From: Candidatus Methylomirabilia bacterium
GTDB taxonomy: Bacteria; Methylomirabilota; Methylomirabilia; Rokubacteriales; CSP1-6
Reading direction: 5' to 3'
DNA: 64,000 nt
NCBI GenBank assembly: GCA_046758965.1
Contig: JBHIBG010000001.1
Coordinates: 83,914 to 147,913 of the forward strand
A program made the translations under genes and the position numbers. This document shows, in pieces, positions 39,849 to 50,408 of the stretch; within the stretch, counting starts at the first letter, position 1, and each line of letters begins with the position of its first letter. Under the pieces are notes generated by a model that had not been told where the DNA came from, ran no database searches, and saw only the letters and a list, made by a program, of their open reading frames with translations.

Positions 39849-40837
39849 GGCTCGATCTCTACCGCGCGACGGACTTCCTCCATCGTCGCCTGGGCCGTCT
39901 GGCGCGCCCGCTTGGATCCCTCGTGGAGAATCTCCACGACCTCGTTGGGCTCTTGCGCATAGCGCTCACGTCGCTCACGAACCTCGCGAAGCGGCGGGAG
40001 CAGGTGCTTCAGCAGGACATCTTTGCACTCCAGGCAGCCGATCCCGGCTGTCCGGCAGCCCACGGCGCATTGCTCGCGCTCTCCCTCTGGCGTGAAGATC
40101 TTGTGGAGATCGAAGACCGGGCAGACCTCAGGGTTGCCGGGATCGCTGCGCCGCTTCCGGGCTGGGTCGGTCGTCATGGTCCTGATCTTCGGCGTGATGA
40201 CGTCCGGCGGGTCCGCGAGGTAGATACAGTTGTCGTAGCTCTTGGACATCTTCCGCCCGTCGGTGCCGGGCACCTTGGGGATTTCAGTCAGCAAGGCCTC
40301 GGGCTCGGGGAAGACCGGGGCGAAGGTATTGTTGAAGCGGCGGGCGATCTCACGGGTCAGCTCGATATGGGGAAGTTGGTCCACTCCCACCGGCACATGC
40401 GCGGCCTTGTAGATGACGATGTCAGCTGCCTGGAGGAGGGGATACCCGAGCAGCCCATGGGAGGGGACCGTGATGCCGAGCTGCTCCATCATCTCCTTGT
40501 AAGTCGGCACCCGCTCGAGCCACGCCACGGGCGTCACCATGGAGAGAAGCAGCGCGAGCTCCGAGTGCTCGGGAACCAGGGATTGGATGAACAGGGTTGA
40601 CCGCTCTGGGTCCAGGCCTGCTCCGAGCCAGTCGGAGGCCATGTCGATGGTGTTCCTCGGAATCTCCTCGGTGCGAGCGGACTCGGTGGTGAGGGCATGC
40701 CAGTTCGCCACGAAGTAGAAACAGTCAAAGGTATCCTGAAGCTTGACCCAGTTCTTGAGGGCCCCGAGGTAGTTCCCCAGGTGGAGCTTGCCCGTCGGGC
40801 GCATCCCCGAGAGCACCCGCTCTCGCGATGAGGTCAT
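39845..40837 (-). CDS. trpS: Tryptophanyl-tRNA synthetase
   Basis: SGMRPTGKLHLGN, YPLLQAADI, PVGVDQ, KMSKS. Confidence 0.96.
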   Translation of the reverse strand: MTSSRERVLSGMRPTGKLHLGNYLGALKNWVKLQDTFDCFYFVANWHALTTESARTEEIPRNTIDMASDWLGAGLDPERSTLFIQSLVPEHSELALLLSMVTPVAWLERVPTYKEMMEQLGITVPSHGLLGYPLLQAADIVIYKAAHVPVGVDQLPHIELTREIARRFNNTFAPVFPEPEALLTEIPKVPGTDGRKMSKSYDNCIYLADPPDVITPKIRTMTTDPARKRRSDPGNPEVCPVFDLHKIFTPEGEREQCAVGCRTAGIGCLECKDVLLKHLLPPLREVRERRERYAQEPNEVVEILHEGSKRARQTAQATMEEVRRAVEIEP

Positions 40838-41604
40838 GGCTCGGGCCCTTCCCTGCCCTGCCCGCGCTGCCACTCCCACACCTTGGCGGTGCGGAGGAAC
40901 ACATACTGAGCGTAAAGCGTGGCGACGACGAATCCTCGCCAGCCGTCGAGAAACCCCCAACGCAGGAGATACATCGAGGAGAAGCGCGCCGCCGGGCGCA
41001 CGATCAGGTCGGCCAGGCTGACCCGGCGCGCTCGCGTGCGCCATTCGAGGGCGGCGAGCGTGGAGTACCGATTGGCGCGGGCGACAAACTCCTCCAGGTT
41101 CCGGTAGCTCTCATGGAGGAGGGGCTGAGCGAGCCGGCCCACCGGGCCCTGCACCGCGACTGATTCGTGGACGGGATGGTCGGCGAAGCGCCCGCATGCG
41201 CGACGGAAGAGCCGGACCTGCCAGTCGGGGTAGAGCCCTCCGTGCCTGAGCCAGGCCCCCCACAGGATGTTCTTTCGGGGTACGGCATATCCAGCGGCAG
41301 GGCCGTCAGCGGCCTCCACTCGCTCGATCTCTTCCCGGAGCTCGGGGGTGACCCGTTCATCGGCGTCGAGGGAAAGCACCCACTCCCCGCTGGTCTGGTC
41401 CAGCGCGAAGTTCTTCTGCGCCGCGAACCCCGGCCAGGGCCGGACCCAGATCCGATCCGTAAACTCCCGAGCGATCTCCACGCTCTTGTCGGCGGACTCC
41501 GCGTCCACCACCACGATCTCGTGAGCCCAGGCGACGCTCTGAAGACACGCGCGGAGCCGCTCTTCCTCGTTCCACGTGATGATGGCGACTGAGAGATGGC
41601 TCAC
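40834..41604 (-). CDS. GT2 glycosyltransferase (WaaE/KdtX-like)
   Basis: IITWNEE, GFAAQKN, SLDADE, YPDWQVRLF, VHE, GFLDG. Confidence 0.85.
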   Translation of the reverse strand: MSHLSVAIITWNEEERLRACLQSVAWAHEIVVVDAESADKSVEIAREFTDRIWVRPWPGFAAQKNFALDQTSGEWVLSLDADERVTPELREEIERVEAADGPAAGYAVPRKNILWGAWLRHGGLYPDWQVRLFRRACGRFADHPVHESVAVQGPVGRLAQPLLHESYRNLEEFVARANRYSTLAALEWRTRARRVSLADLIVRPAARFSSMYLLRWGFLDGWRGFVVATLYAQYVFLRTAKVWEWQRGQGREGPEP

Positions 41605-42671
41605 CGGGAACCTCGCGCAAGCCTGGACCCCGCCGCCGGCGTTGCCGAACTGCTCGCGCTTGCTGAGCCGTCCAGCAGTTCGGCCGCTACGCTGAACACC
41701 TGGTCCGCGGCGAGGGCGGCCATCTTCCCGTCTGGGCTCTGGAGACCCCGGCATCGCGGGCCGTACGGTCCGTTGCGCGTCGCGCGAGTCGGACCGTAGA
41801 GCCCGAGCGCCGGGGTGGCGAGCGCCGCCGCGAGGTGAAGCGGCCCGGTGTCGGCAGCCACGACGAGGGCACAGCGCCGGAACAGGGCAGCGAGCTCGGG
41901 GAGGCCCGTTGGCGGAGCCAGCACGGGACGGGGCGTCAACCCCCGCCCCAGCAGTGAAGCCAGCCCCATCTCGGCAGGGCCCCAGAGGATCAGGACCCGG
42001 CAGCCCGCCTCCATCGCGAGCCGCTCGGCCAGTCGCCTGAAGTGGGTCAGCGGCCAGCGCTTCTCAGGCCTGCCGGCTCCCGGGTTGAGCGCCACGAGTC
42101 GGTCCTCGGGCTTGAGCCCCTGCTCAGCCAGGAAGGTATCGATGGCATGCTCGGCCACCGGGCTCTGCGGGAGGTGGAAAACCGGCCGCCGATCCTCAAC
42201 GCCGAGAGGCGTCAGGAGAGAGAGGTACTCCTCCACGACGTGGACGGCCTCGGGGGGCGGGCTCACGCGATGGTTCGTGAACAAAGCGTTCAACGACTCT
42301 CGACAGCGGGGGAGCGTGAACCCGATCCTGATCGGCGCTCCGGTGAAGGCGGTGAGGAGGCCGCTCTTGACGAGCCCCTGAAGGTCGATGGCGACATCGA
42401 AGCGGCTGTCTCTGAGCCGCCGGCTGAACGCGCCGAAGCTCTCCCACACCTCCCCCGCTCCGGAAAGGTTCCGGAGGAGCCGCCGCCATCTCCGGGTGTC
42501 TACGGCGACCACCGCGTCCAGATCGGGGTGGTCGTTGAGCAGTGGCGCCACGCGCGCCTCGACGAACCACGTCAGATGCGAGTTCGGAAACCGACGGCGA
42601 AGAGCATGCGCGACCGGGAGCGCGTGGATCACGTCGCCGAGAGAAGACAGCTTGATGATCGCGATTTTCAC
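41601..42671 (-). CDS. waaC: LPS heptosyltransferase I (GT9)
   Basis: [33 protein letters not shown]. Confidence 0.85.
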   Translation of the reverse strand: MKIAIIKLSSLGDVIHALPVAHALRRRFPNSHLTWFVEARVAPLLNDHPDLDAVVAVDTRRWRRLLRNLSGAGEVWESFGAFSRRLRDSRFDVAIDLQGLVKSGLLTAFTGAPIRIGFTLPRCRESLNALFTNHRVSPPPEAVHVVEEYLSLLTPLGVEDRRPVFHLPQSPVAEHAIDTFLAEQGLKPEDRLVALNPGAGRPEKRWPLTHFRRLAERLAMEAGCRVLILWGPAEMGLASLLGRGLTPRPVLAPPTGLPELAALFRRCALVVAADTGPLHLAAALATPALGLYGPTRATRNGPYGPRCRGLQSPDGKMAALAADQVFSVAAELLDGSASASSSATPAAGSRLARGSR

Positions 42672-43153
42672 CCCTGCCCCCCGAATGTACGGGCGATCGT
42701 CGCGATCAGGTCTCGGGTCGAGTGCCCCTTCGGGTCGCCGACGATGGCGACCTGACCGCCGCCATCGAGGACCGCACCGCGTTCCGGCACGCTCTCCTCT
42801 GCGTAGTCGGAGCCCTTGGCGTGAACGTCGGGTCGTAGGCGCGTGACCAGCCGGTCCACCGTGTCGTCGTCGAAGATCACCACGTAGTCCACCGGGTAGA
42901 GGGCAGCCAGGATCTCGGCCCGTTCGTCTTGGTTGACGACGGGGCGCCCCGGTCCCTTGATCCGTCGGACCGAGGCATCGGAGTTCAGGGCCACGATCAG
43001 CACATCCCCGAGCTGCTTGGCGGCCTGGAGATATCGCACGTGGCCGACATGAAGCAGGTCAAAGCATCCGTTGGCGAGCACGAGGCGCCGCCCCTCATGC
43101 CGGAGCCGCGCCCCGAGGCGTTCGGCCTCCTCAAGGCTCACCAGGGACGCCAT
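42668..43153 (-). CDS. hldC: Heptose-1-phosphate adenylyltransferase (HldC/RfaE2)
   Basis: [22 protein letters not shown]. Confidence 0.85.
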   Translation of the reverse strand: MASLVSLEEAERLGARLRHEGRRLVLANGCFDLLHVGHVRYLQAAKQLGDVLIVALNSDASVRRIKGPGRPVVNQDERAEILAALYPVDYVVIFDDDTVDRLVTRLRPDVHAKGSDYAEESVPERGAVLDGGGQVAIVGDPKGHSTRDLIATIARTFGGQG

Positions 43154-44147
43154 CGCGTGCGAGGGCTCTCAGCAGTTCGGTCCGGGCTACGTGGGCAGTA
43201 CCGCGCTTGGTCACCACCACGCCTCCGGCCACGTTGGCGAGCCAGGCCGCGTCGGTGGGGAGGCCTCCGCTCGCGAGGGCCACAGTGAACGTGCTGATGA
43301 CGGTGTCTCCGGCGCCTGTGACATCGGCGATCTCGTCACTCCCATGGATGGGGAGGCACGTGATGGGACCCTCGCGTTCGAGGAGCACCATGCCCCGACT
43401 GCCGCGGGTGATGAGCAGGTACCGGCAGCCGAGCCGCTCGAGGAGCACCCGGCCCGCCTTCTCCACCGATGGCTCCTCGTCTAAGGCCATACCCGTGAAC
43501 TGCTCGACCTCAGGCTCGTTCGGGGTAGCGGCGGTGACGCCTGTGAACCGGAGCAGGTCATAGCGGCTGTCGGCGCTGAGGAGGGTCCCGTTCCGGCTCC
43601 CGAGGGCTCGGGCCTGGCTCAGGAGGCCCGGCGTCACCGTCCCGTAGCCGTAGTCTGAGAGGAGGACGGCATCAGCCTGCGGGCCCCAGACCGTGAGCTG
43701 GTGCGCCAGCTTCTCCTCCGTGGTCGGATCGAGCGGCCGCCGAGGCTCGCGATCGACGCGGACGATCTGTTGCCGGGTGGACTGGGAGCCGCCAGCCATG
43801 ATGCGAGTCTTGACGGGCGTGGGGCGCTCGCTGGTTTTGACAATGGCATCCGTTGTGATGCCAACCGACCGGAACAGATCAAGCACTTCTTCCCCGGCTG
43901 AGTCATCTCCTACGGCCCCCACGGGGAGGACCCGGGCACCAAGCGCGTGGACGTTGTGGGACGCATTCGCGGCCCCCCCGAGCCGGACCTCCCGTCCCTG
44001 ATAGCGCAGGATCAGGACCGGGGCCTCCCGGGAGATCCGGTCCGGCTTGCCGTAGATGTACTCGTCCGCGATCAGATCGCCGAGCACCACCACGGTCTTC
44101 CGCGAGAAGTGGTCCACGATGCTCCGAAGTCTCGGGAGCGAGAACAT
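43131..44147 (-). CDS. hldA: Heptose-7-phosphate kinase (HldA/RfaE1, PfkB family)
   Basis: [36 protein letters not shown]. Confidence 0.88.
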   Translation of the reverse strand: MFSLPRLRSIVDHFSRKTVVVLGDLIADEYIYGKPDRISREAPVLILRYQGREVRLGGAANASHNVHALGARVLPVGAVGDDSAGEEVLDLFRSVGITTDAIVKTSERPTPVKTRIMAGGSQSTRQQIVRVDREPRRPLDPTTEEKLAHQLTVWGPQADAVLLSDYGYGTVTPGLLSQARALGSRNGTLLSADSRYDLLRFTGVTAATPNEPEVEQFTGMALDEEPSVEKAGRVLLERLGCRYLLITRGSRGMVLLEREGPITCLPIHGSDEIADVTGAGDTVISTFTVALASGGLPTDAAWLANVAGGVVVTKRGTAHVARTELLRALARDGVPGEP

Positions 44148-44728
44148 CAGGTCTGCCTCCGCTCGAGGATCCACTCGACCGCGTCGAGGAGGTCGTGAGC
44201 GATGTGCTCGGGCTTTACGCTCCAGTGAGCCTGCCGATACTCCCACTCCCCGAACCCGTAGCCGGTCAGCACGAGAATCGGGGTCAGGCCCGCTCGGCAG
44301 CCAGCTTCGACATCTGCGATCTTATCACCCACCATGTAGGAGGCCGAAAGGTCCAGATTCAGATCTTTGCTCGCCCGAAGGAGGAGACCTGGCTGGGGCT
44401 TCCGGCAGTCGCAGCGGGCACGATAGGGAGGCTCCCCTTCGGTGGGATGATGCGGGCAGACATAGATGCCATCCAGGAAGGCGCCCTCGGTCTCGAGCTG
44501 GGCTACCAGCTCAGCGTGCACAGCCTGGAGCACGTCCTCGGAGAAATACCCTCGAGCCACGCCGCTCTGGTTGGTCACCGTCACGGCTCGGATCCCGGCC
44601 TCATTGAGCAGGCGGACCGCCTTGGCCGATCGCGGGAGCAGGCGAACCCGACGGGGGTGGTTGATGTACCCCACCTCCTCAACGAGTGTGCCATCCCGGT
44701 CGATGAAGACACAAACGCCCGCGGGCAT
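44147..44728 (-). CDS. gmhB: Heptose-1,7-bisphosphate phosphatase
   Basis: DRDGT, TNQSG, CPHHP, CDCRKP, MVGDK. Confidence 0.93.
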   Translation of the reverse strand: MPAGVCVFIDRDGTLVEEVGYINHPRRVRLLPRSAKAVRLLNEAGIRAVTVTNQSGVARGYFSEDVLQAVHAELVAQLETEGAFLDGIYVCPHHPTEGEPPYRARCDCRKPQPGLLLRASKDLNLDLSASYMVGDKIADVEAGCRAGLTPILVLTGYGFGEWEYRQAHWSVKPEHIAHDLLDAVEWILERRQT

Positions 44729-44736
44729 CGACAGGC

Positions 44737-44765
44737 AGTGTAACCCTAACGCCGTGAATGTTCAA
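44737..44765 (-). promoter_or_regulatory. Putative internal promoter of gmhB
   Basis: TTGAAC-N17-TACACT, 8 nt from the ATG. Confidence 0.55.
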
Positions 44766-44814
44766 AGAAAATCCCTCCGCCGGTGGCCGGTTGGAAAGCG
44801 CGTTTCCCTGGCCG

Positions 44815-45930
44815 TCAGAGCGAGCGGTAAAGGGCAGTAAAAGCCTGGGCCTGAGCGGCAAAGGTAAAAGGCTCGGCCGCCCGGCGGCCTAACTCGGTGA
44901 CGCGGGCCGGGTCAGTCTCCCTGAGCGCCTCGAGCCCGCGAGCGATCGCCTCTGGGTCCTCCGGGTCATCGAGGATCCATCCGGTCTCGCCGTGCCTGAC
45001 CACCTCGGCTCCTCCGCTCCGGGCGCTGGCAAGCACCGGGAGACCGGCAGCCAGGGCTTCCAGGTGGACATTCCCGAAGGGCTCGTAGCGGGTCGGGAGC
45101 GCTACGAGGTCAGCCGCGGCGTAGAACCTCTCCACGTCTGGGCGGGCTCCGACCCACACGACGCGGCCCTCGAGACCGAGCCGTGCGGCCGTCACCCGGT
45201 ACCGGGCGGGACTTCCCTTGCCCAGCAACAGGAGTCGGGCGCCCCGGTCTTGGAGGCGGGCAAACCCCTCGACCAGTGGCCCCAGGCCTTTCCGCTCGAA
45301 GCCGGAACCGACAAAGAGGGTGACCCACGCCTCTGCGGGAATCCCGAACTCGGTTCGGATGGCGTGGCGGAAGCGCCGCCGATTGTCGGGCGTAAAACGT
45401 TCCTGGTCCACCCCGTTGTAGATGACGGCAAGTCGGGGTTCTGGGATGCGGTACAGGCGGTGGATCTCCTCTTTCCCGCGGCGGGAGATGGCCACAATCC
45501 TGACTCTCGCCTCAGCGGTGAAGAGCCGACGCTCCAGAGCGAGGAGGGCCCGGTGATACGGGCTTGCCCGGAGCGCTGCGCGCCGCGCGCGATTGAGCCC
45601 TCGGGCTTTGATCTCGAGGTAGGCCCGGTGGCAGCCTTCCCCCGCTCGGTAGATGTCCTGAGAAAGGGTGCGCTCGTGGCTCTGGACCACGTCGAAGCGC
45701 TCTCTCACCACCGATCGGGCAGCCAGGGCGAAAGAGAGCACACGGGCCACCGCGGGACGGGGGAGCACGGGAAGCCGGTGGTGGGTGATCCCGGGGAGTG
45801 GGCGCTGCCCCGGAGGAGTGTAGAGGTGCAGGTCGTACCCCTGCCGCACGAACTCGGCGACGAGGCCTGCTGTCTGAGTCTCCAGGCCGCCGTAGTACAC
45901 GAACGGTCGGCAGATGATGGCAAGCCTCAC
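44815..45930 (-). CDS. GT4 glycosyltransferase (WabG/WaaG-like core transferase)
   Basis: QSHER..DIYRAGEGCH, FVGSGFERKG, YEPFGNVHLEA. Confidence 0.8.
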   Translation of the reverse strand: MRLAIICRPFVYYGGLETQTAGLVAEFVRQGYDLHLYTPPGQRPLPGITHHRLPVLPRPAVARVLSFALAARSVVRERFDVVQSHERTLSQDIYRAGEGCHRAYLEIKARGLNRARRAALRASPYHRALLALERRLFTAEARVRIVAISRRGKEEIHRLYRIPEPRLAVIYNGVDQERFTPDNRRRFRHAIRTEFGIPAEAWVTLFVGSGFERKGLGPLVEGFARLQDRGARLLLLGKGSPARYRVTAARLGLEGRVVWVGARPDVERFYAAADLVALPTRYEPFGNVHLEALAAGLPVLASARSGGAEVVRHGETGWILDDPEDPEAIARGLEALRETDPARVTELGRRAAEPFTFAAQAQAFTALYRSL

Positions 45931-47075
45931 GCGCGCACCCGGGATCCGCGGCTGCCGATGGCGCGCTCGACGAGCGGGAAGAGGACCGCGCGGGCGGCGG
46001 CGTAGCTGTACCGGTCTTCGGCGCGGGCCCGCGCCCGGGCACCGAGTTCCTCCGCCTCGGCCGGGTGGTCGAGGAGGTAGGCGATCGCTCGGGAGAGCGC
46101 TTCGGCATCTCCGGGTTCCACGAGCAAGCCACAGCCATCCAGGATCTCGGGGATCATCGAGACCCGCGTCGAGACGATGGGGCGGCCGAGCGCCATGGCG
46201 TCGAAGAGCTTGGCCGGCACCTGTCCGAGGGTGTCGGGTCCGCGCCGTTGGGGGACCGCCACCACATCGGCAAGCGCAAGATAGGAGGGCACCGCTGAGA
46301 ATGGGATCTCGCCGACGCACCGGACGTGAGAGCTTTGAGCCGCCAGGCGTTGAGCCGTCGCGCTCGTCGCGTCACATCCCACGACTGCGAGCACCACGTC
46401 GGGGCGGTCCAGCCATCGCAGCGCTTCCGCCAGGTCATCCACACCCTTGTGCCTCCGAGGTGTTCCGAGGAACATGACGACCTTTTCGGTGGTGATGCCC
46501 AAGTGGGAGCGGGGAACCCGCGGGTCAGTGGGAGTGGCCTGCCAGCTGCCGAGGTCGCGGACGTGGGGGATCGAGAGGCCTCCGAAGCGTGCTTCGAGGA
46601 AGCGCGATGCCACGGTCCTGAAGGGCGTCAGGCCAGTCAGCCGCTCCATGAGCCAGGTCCAGGGAAGCCCGTTGGGATTCGAGAGGTTCAGGCCGCGGCC
46701 GATGCGCCCCCCAAGGCCCGAGCGGTAGAAGAACCCCGTTTCCCAGTCGTCGATGTCCAGAAGCAGCGGGCGTCGGGTGAGTGCGTGCTTGAGGAGGCCG
46801 AGACCGTAGCTTGTCGGACGGGGCTTGGAGGCGTAGAGGAGCTCTCCATCAGCCAGGCGAAGCAGGGCGGGGAGCGCGGCGACAAAGCGCGGGTAGCGGA
46901 AGCCGGGAAGGCTCTTGTACACCACCGGCCCGCTCCGGATCGGTGCCCAGACCGCGGGGCCGAAGCGTGGCCCCACCACTTCCACCTCATACCGGGGAGC
47001 CAGGAGCCGCGCGAGAAGATCGGCGCGGCCGGCTGCGTTGTCGGAGAGATCGAAGCAGAGGACCGAGATCTTCAC
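45927..47075 (-). CDS. GT4 glycosyltransferase
   Basis: LDIDDWE, GTPRRHKG, PAKLFDAMALGRP. Confidence 0.8.
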   Translation of the reverse strand: MKISVLCFDLSDNAAGRADLLARLLAPRYEVEVVGPRFGPAVWAPIRSGPVVYKSLPGFRYPRFVAALPALLRLADGELLYASKPRPTSYGLGLLKHALTRRPLLLDIDDWETGFFYRSGLGGRIGRGLNLSNPNGLPWTWLMERLTGLTPFRTVASRFLEARFGGLSIPHVRDLGSWQATPTDPRVPRSHLGITTEKVVMFLGTPRRHKGVDDLAEALRWLDRPDVVLAVVGCDATSATAQRLAAQSSHVRCVGEIPFSAVPSYLALADVVAVPQRRGPDTLGQVPAKLFDAMALGRPIVSTRVSMIPEILDGCGLLVEPGDAEALSRAIAYLLDHPAEAEELGARARARAEDRYSYAAARAVLFPLVERAIGSRGSRVRA

Positions 47076-48190
47076 GTCCGTGCGTCGAGGAGACCCGAGT
47101 AGAGGCTGACGAGGCGACCCGTCACGCGGGACGCGGAGTAGCCCTCGACGGCCAGCTCCCGACCTGCACGCCCCAGCCTGCGCGCCAGCAGTGGATCCTC
47201 AAGCAGCCGGCGGATCGCCTGCGCCAGGGCTCCGGGATCCCCAGCCGGCACGAGAAGCGCCTCCCGGCCATCGGTGAGGATCTCTGGGACGACGCCGACA
47301 CGGCTGGCGATAAGCGGGCAGCCCATGGCCAGATACTCGAAGATCACGCGGCTCATGCCATCTGACTCCAGAGGGGCGTAGAGCCCGATGGTCAGCGCTG
47401 CCATGACCTTCGGGAGGTCCGGAGTGAAGCCGGTGAACCGGCACTGCTCCTGAAGCCTCGCCGCTATGACCGCGCCCCGGATTGCCGTCTCGTGGGTCCC
47501 CTGTCCGGCGAAGAGGATGCGAGGTCGGATTCCCTCGCCTGCCAGTCGTGCCAGCGCCTCCAGGACGACCGCGTGTCCCTTCATGGCCCGGAAGCCGCTC
47601 ACCATTCCGATCAGCGGTTCGTAGCTCGGAATGTCGAGCGTGGCACGGACCTCGTGCCCGTCCACGCCGGGGTGGAAACGGGTCGTGTCCACGCCACCGG
47701 CCAGCGTGACCACGCGCTCCGCGGGGAGCAGACCGGAAGCCACGTACTGACGTCTGATCACGTGGGTGGCGGCGGTGACGAGGTCGGTAGCGTTCCGGTA
47801 CAGCCACCGGTTCGCCGCATGGGGCCGGACAGCTTGGACGATGTGGCGAGTGCGCACCAGGGGCCGGCGGGTGCGGCAGAGGCGATTGGCAAGGGCAGCC
47901 AGCCAGTGCTCCTTCCCCCGGTGAACATGAATCAGATCCACCTGAGGCAACCATGTGAGGAGGCGGGCGAGATCGGGGACGTCGGCCGAGGGGTTGAATC
48001 CGCTGGCCAGCCTGAGCGTCCCGATCCGCCTGACTCCGGCTTCCCGGGCTCGCTCCATCACCTGGCTGCTCGTCGGGCGGCAGCAGAGAATGGCCTCGTG
48101 CCCGTCGCGTTCCAGCTCGCTGACCACCTGGGCGGCCCAGTACGCATCCGAGCTCCAGCCCCAGTGGCTCATCACGTGAAGGATCCGCAT
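47072..48190 (-). CDS. GT4 glycosyltransferase
   Basis: VRTRH, MKGH, SDGMSRVIFEYLAMG. Confidence 0.82.
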   Translation of the reverse strand: MRILHVMSHWGWSSDAYWAAQVVSELERDGHEAILCCRPTSSQVMERAREAGVRRIGTLRLASGFNPSADVPDLARLLTWLPQVDLIHVHRGKEHWLAALANRLCRTRRPLVRTRHIVQAVRPHAANRWLYRNATDLVTAATHVIRRQYVASGLLPAERVVTLAGGVDTTRFHPGVDGHEVRATLDIPSYEPLIGMVSGFRAMKGHAVVLEALARLAGEGIRPRILFAGQGTHETAIRGAVIAARLQEQCRFTGFTPDLPKVMAALTIGLYAPLESDGMSRVIFEYLAMGCPLIASRVGVVPEILTDGREALLVPAGDPGALAQAIRRLLEDPLLARRLGRAGRELAVEGYSASRVTGRLVSLYSGLLDART

Positions 48191-48197
48191 GGTGCGC

Positions 48198-49325
48198 TCA
48201 GAGCGGTGGCTCGCTGCGCCCATAGCCGACCCGCTGATTCAGGGCCGCCCGGTATGCAGCCTCCACGGTCTCCACTGCCCGCTCGGGGTTAAACGCGGTC
48301 TCCGCTCGCCGTCGCCCCGCCCCGCCCATCCGGCGGGCCCGCTCCGGGCTCTCCACGAGAGCCAGCAGGGCGGCCGCAATGCTTTCGGGGCGGTCGTCCG
48401 GGAGGAGGAAGCCGGTTTCCTCGTGGACAATCGTCTCCGGTAAGGCTCCCACTGACCGCGCAATCACCGGTCTCCCACTCGCCATAGCCTCCAGGGCTGC
48501 CCGGCACGATTCGTCTGATCCCGCTCCCATGAGGACGAAGCAGTCCATGATTGCCAGGAAGCCGGGGAGGTCGTGGTCCCGGTAGCCGGTGAAGAGGACC
48601 TGCTGGGTGAGACCCAGTTCCCTCACCAGGGCCTCCAACTTCGGCCGCGACTCCCCCTTGCCGATGAGGAGCAGCCGCGCCTCAGGGAGTTTGTCGAGCA
48701 CCAGCCGGAATCCCTCAATCAGAAGCTCGTGGCCGCGGTTGGGAGCCAGGCGCGCCACCGACCCCACCACGGGAGCGCCGCCGATCCCCAGCGCGTCACG
48801 GACCGCGCGCCCGTCGGTCTCGGGCGTGAAGCGGTGGAGGTCGGCGCTTCCGGCGAGCAGCCAGAGCCTCTCAGCCCCGAACCCCGCCTCCAGGCAGCGT
48901 GCGTAGATCTGACGGCTTACGGAGAAGGCGCCGACAGTCCGCCGGTAGAGATGGCCGCTGATCCCCCCGCGCCGAATCGCGCGGAGATTGTGAAAGGTGC
49001 GAAAAAGCGCGGCCCGGTGTCCCGAGAGGGCGCCGAGCCAGTGGTCATGGGAGTGGTGGCAGTGAACGATCTGAACTCTCTCGCGCCTGACCAGCTGGCG
49101 GAGGCGAACGAGATCTGCCAGGAGGCCCCGCAGCTCCAACGACAGGCCGGGGACCGGAACGAGCCCCGCCTCGCGGGCCTTGGCTTCGAAGCGGTCGCCC
49201 GGGATTACCCCGAGGAGGACGCGATGGCCACGCTGCTCTAGCCCTTTCAGCAGGCGGATAATCGGGTCCGCGCTTCCGGTCCACCACCGGTTAGCGGCGA
49301 GGTGAAGAACGGTCAGGGGGCTCAC
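48198..49325 (-). CDS. GT4 glycosyltransferase
   Basis: HSHDHW, VARLAPNRGH, SDESCRAALEAMASG. Confidence 0.82.
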   Translation of the reverse strand: MSPLTVLHLAANRWWTGSADPIIRLLKGLEQRGHRVLLGVIPGDRFEAKAREAGLVPVPGLSLELRGLLADLVRLRQLVRRERVQIVHCHHSHDHWLGALSGHRAALFRTFHNLRAIRRGGISGHLYRRTVGAFSVSRQIYARCLEAGFGAERLWLLAGSADLHRFTPETDGRAVRDALGIGGAPVVGSVARLAPNRGHELLIEGFRLVLDKLPEARLLLIGKGESRPKLEALVRELGLTQQVLFTGYRDHDLPGFLAIMDCFVLMGAGSDESCRAALEAMASGRPVIARSVGALPETIVHEETGFLLPDDRPESIAAALLALVESPERARRMGGAGRRRAETAFNPERAVETVEAAYRAALNQRVGYGRSEPPL

Positions 49326-50404
49326 CGGTTCAGGAGCTCCTCGTAGACGGCGGTCAGGCGCTGGAGAGCCAGCGCACGCGAGAAACGCATCTCCACGAGC
49401 CGCCTCCCGGCCTTGGCCCGCCGAGTCGCGCTGTCCGGATCCCTGAGGACCGTGAGGATCCCCTGAGCCAAGGCCTCGGCATCGCCAGGGGAGACGAGGA
49501 GTCCCGTCACCTGGTGCTGGATCACTTCAGGGATCCCGCCCACAGCCGAGGCCACCACCGGGAGCTCAGTGGCCAGGGCTTGCAGGAGCGATTGAGGAAC
49601 GCCTTCAGTTCGGATCGAGCTGAGCACGAAGCAATCCATGGCGCGGAGCAGGTCCGGCACATCCTGACGAAAGCCTGTGAAGCGGACAGCTTCTCGGAGC
49701 CCGAGGGCCCGGGCCCGGTCTTCCACCCACGCCCGCCGGATCCCATCTCCCACGAGGAGGAGCGTGGCGTCTGGGAACTCACGGCGCACGGCTTTGAGCC
49801 CTTCAAGCAGCTCGGGGTGCCCTTTGGACCCTCTGAACATGGCCACCGAGCCCACCACGGGCGGCTGCAAGGAAAAGGTGGTACGGATTCGCTCCCCGCC
49901 CGTGCCGGGGCTGAACTCCTCGAGGTCGACGCCCGCGGGGATGGCCACCACCTTCGCCGGGTTCACGCCGGCTTCCAGCACTCGCTGGCGGATTGCCTCG
50001 CCACTCGTCACGACTCGATCGGCGAGAAGGGAGTAGACCGGGTTCCATCCGTGCCGAAGGGGGATCGAGACGTGGCGGCTTCTCACCACGGGGAGCCCCA
50101 TCAGCCGCCCGGCCAAACCCCCGAGCCAGGCATCCACCGAGCTGTGAGTGTGGATCAGGGCAACTCCTTCACGCCGGATCGCGGAGGTAAGCTTCCCGAC
50201 TGCGGAGAGGTCCCAGGCTCCACGCATCGGCACCTGGATCGCCGTGACCTTGGCCTCCTCGGCCCGGGAGACGATCGCGCTGCCGGGCTGGCCGGCAACG
50301 AGTACGCGAAAGCCATGCTCACCGAGCCAGCGAGCTTCAGCCAGGATCCGCACTTCCTGCCCTCCCCAGCCGGGGGACGATTCGGTGTGGAGCACGGCCC
50401 TCAT
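49322..50404 (-). CDS. GT4 glycosyltransferase
   Basis: HTESSPGWGGQEVR, THSSVDAW, KGH, EGVPQSLLQA. Confidence 0.85.
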   Translation of the reverse strand: MRAVLHTESSPGWGGQEVRILAEARWLGEHGFRVLVAGQPGSAIVSRAEEAKVTAIQVPMRGAWDLSAVGKLTSAIRREGVALIHTHSSVDAWLGGLAGRLMGLPVVRSRHVSIPLRHGWNPVYSLLADRVVTSGEAIRQRVLEAGVNPAKVVAIPAGVDLEEFSPGTGGERIRTTFSLQPPVVGSVAMFRGSKGHPELLEGLKAVRREFPDATLLLVGDGIRRAWVEDRARALGLREAVRFTGFRQDVPDLLRAMDCFVLSSIRTEGVPQSLLQALATELPVVASAVGGIPEVIQHQVTGLLVSPGDAEALAQGILTVLRDPDSATRRAKAGRRLVEMRFSRALALQRLTAVYEELLNR

Positions 50405-50408
50405 GGGT

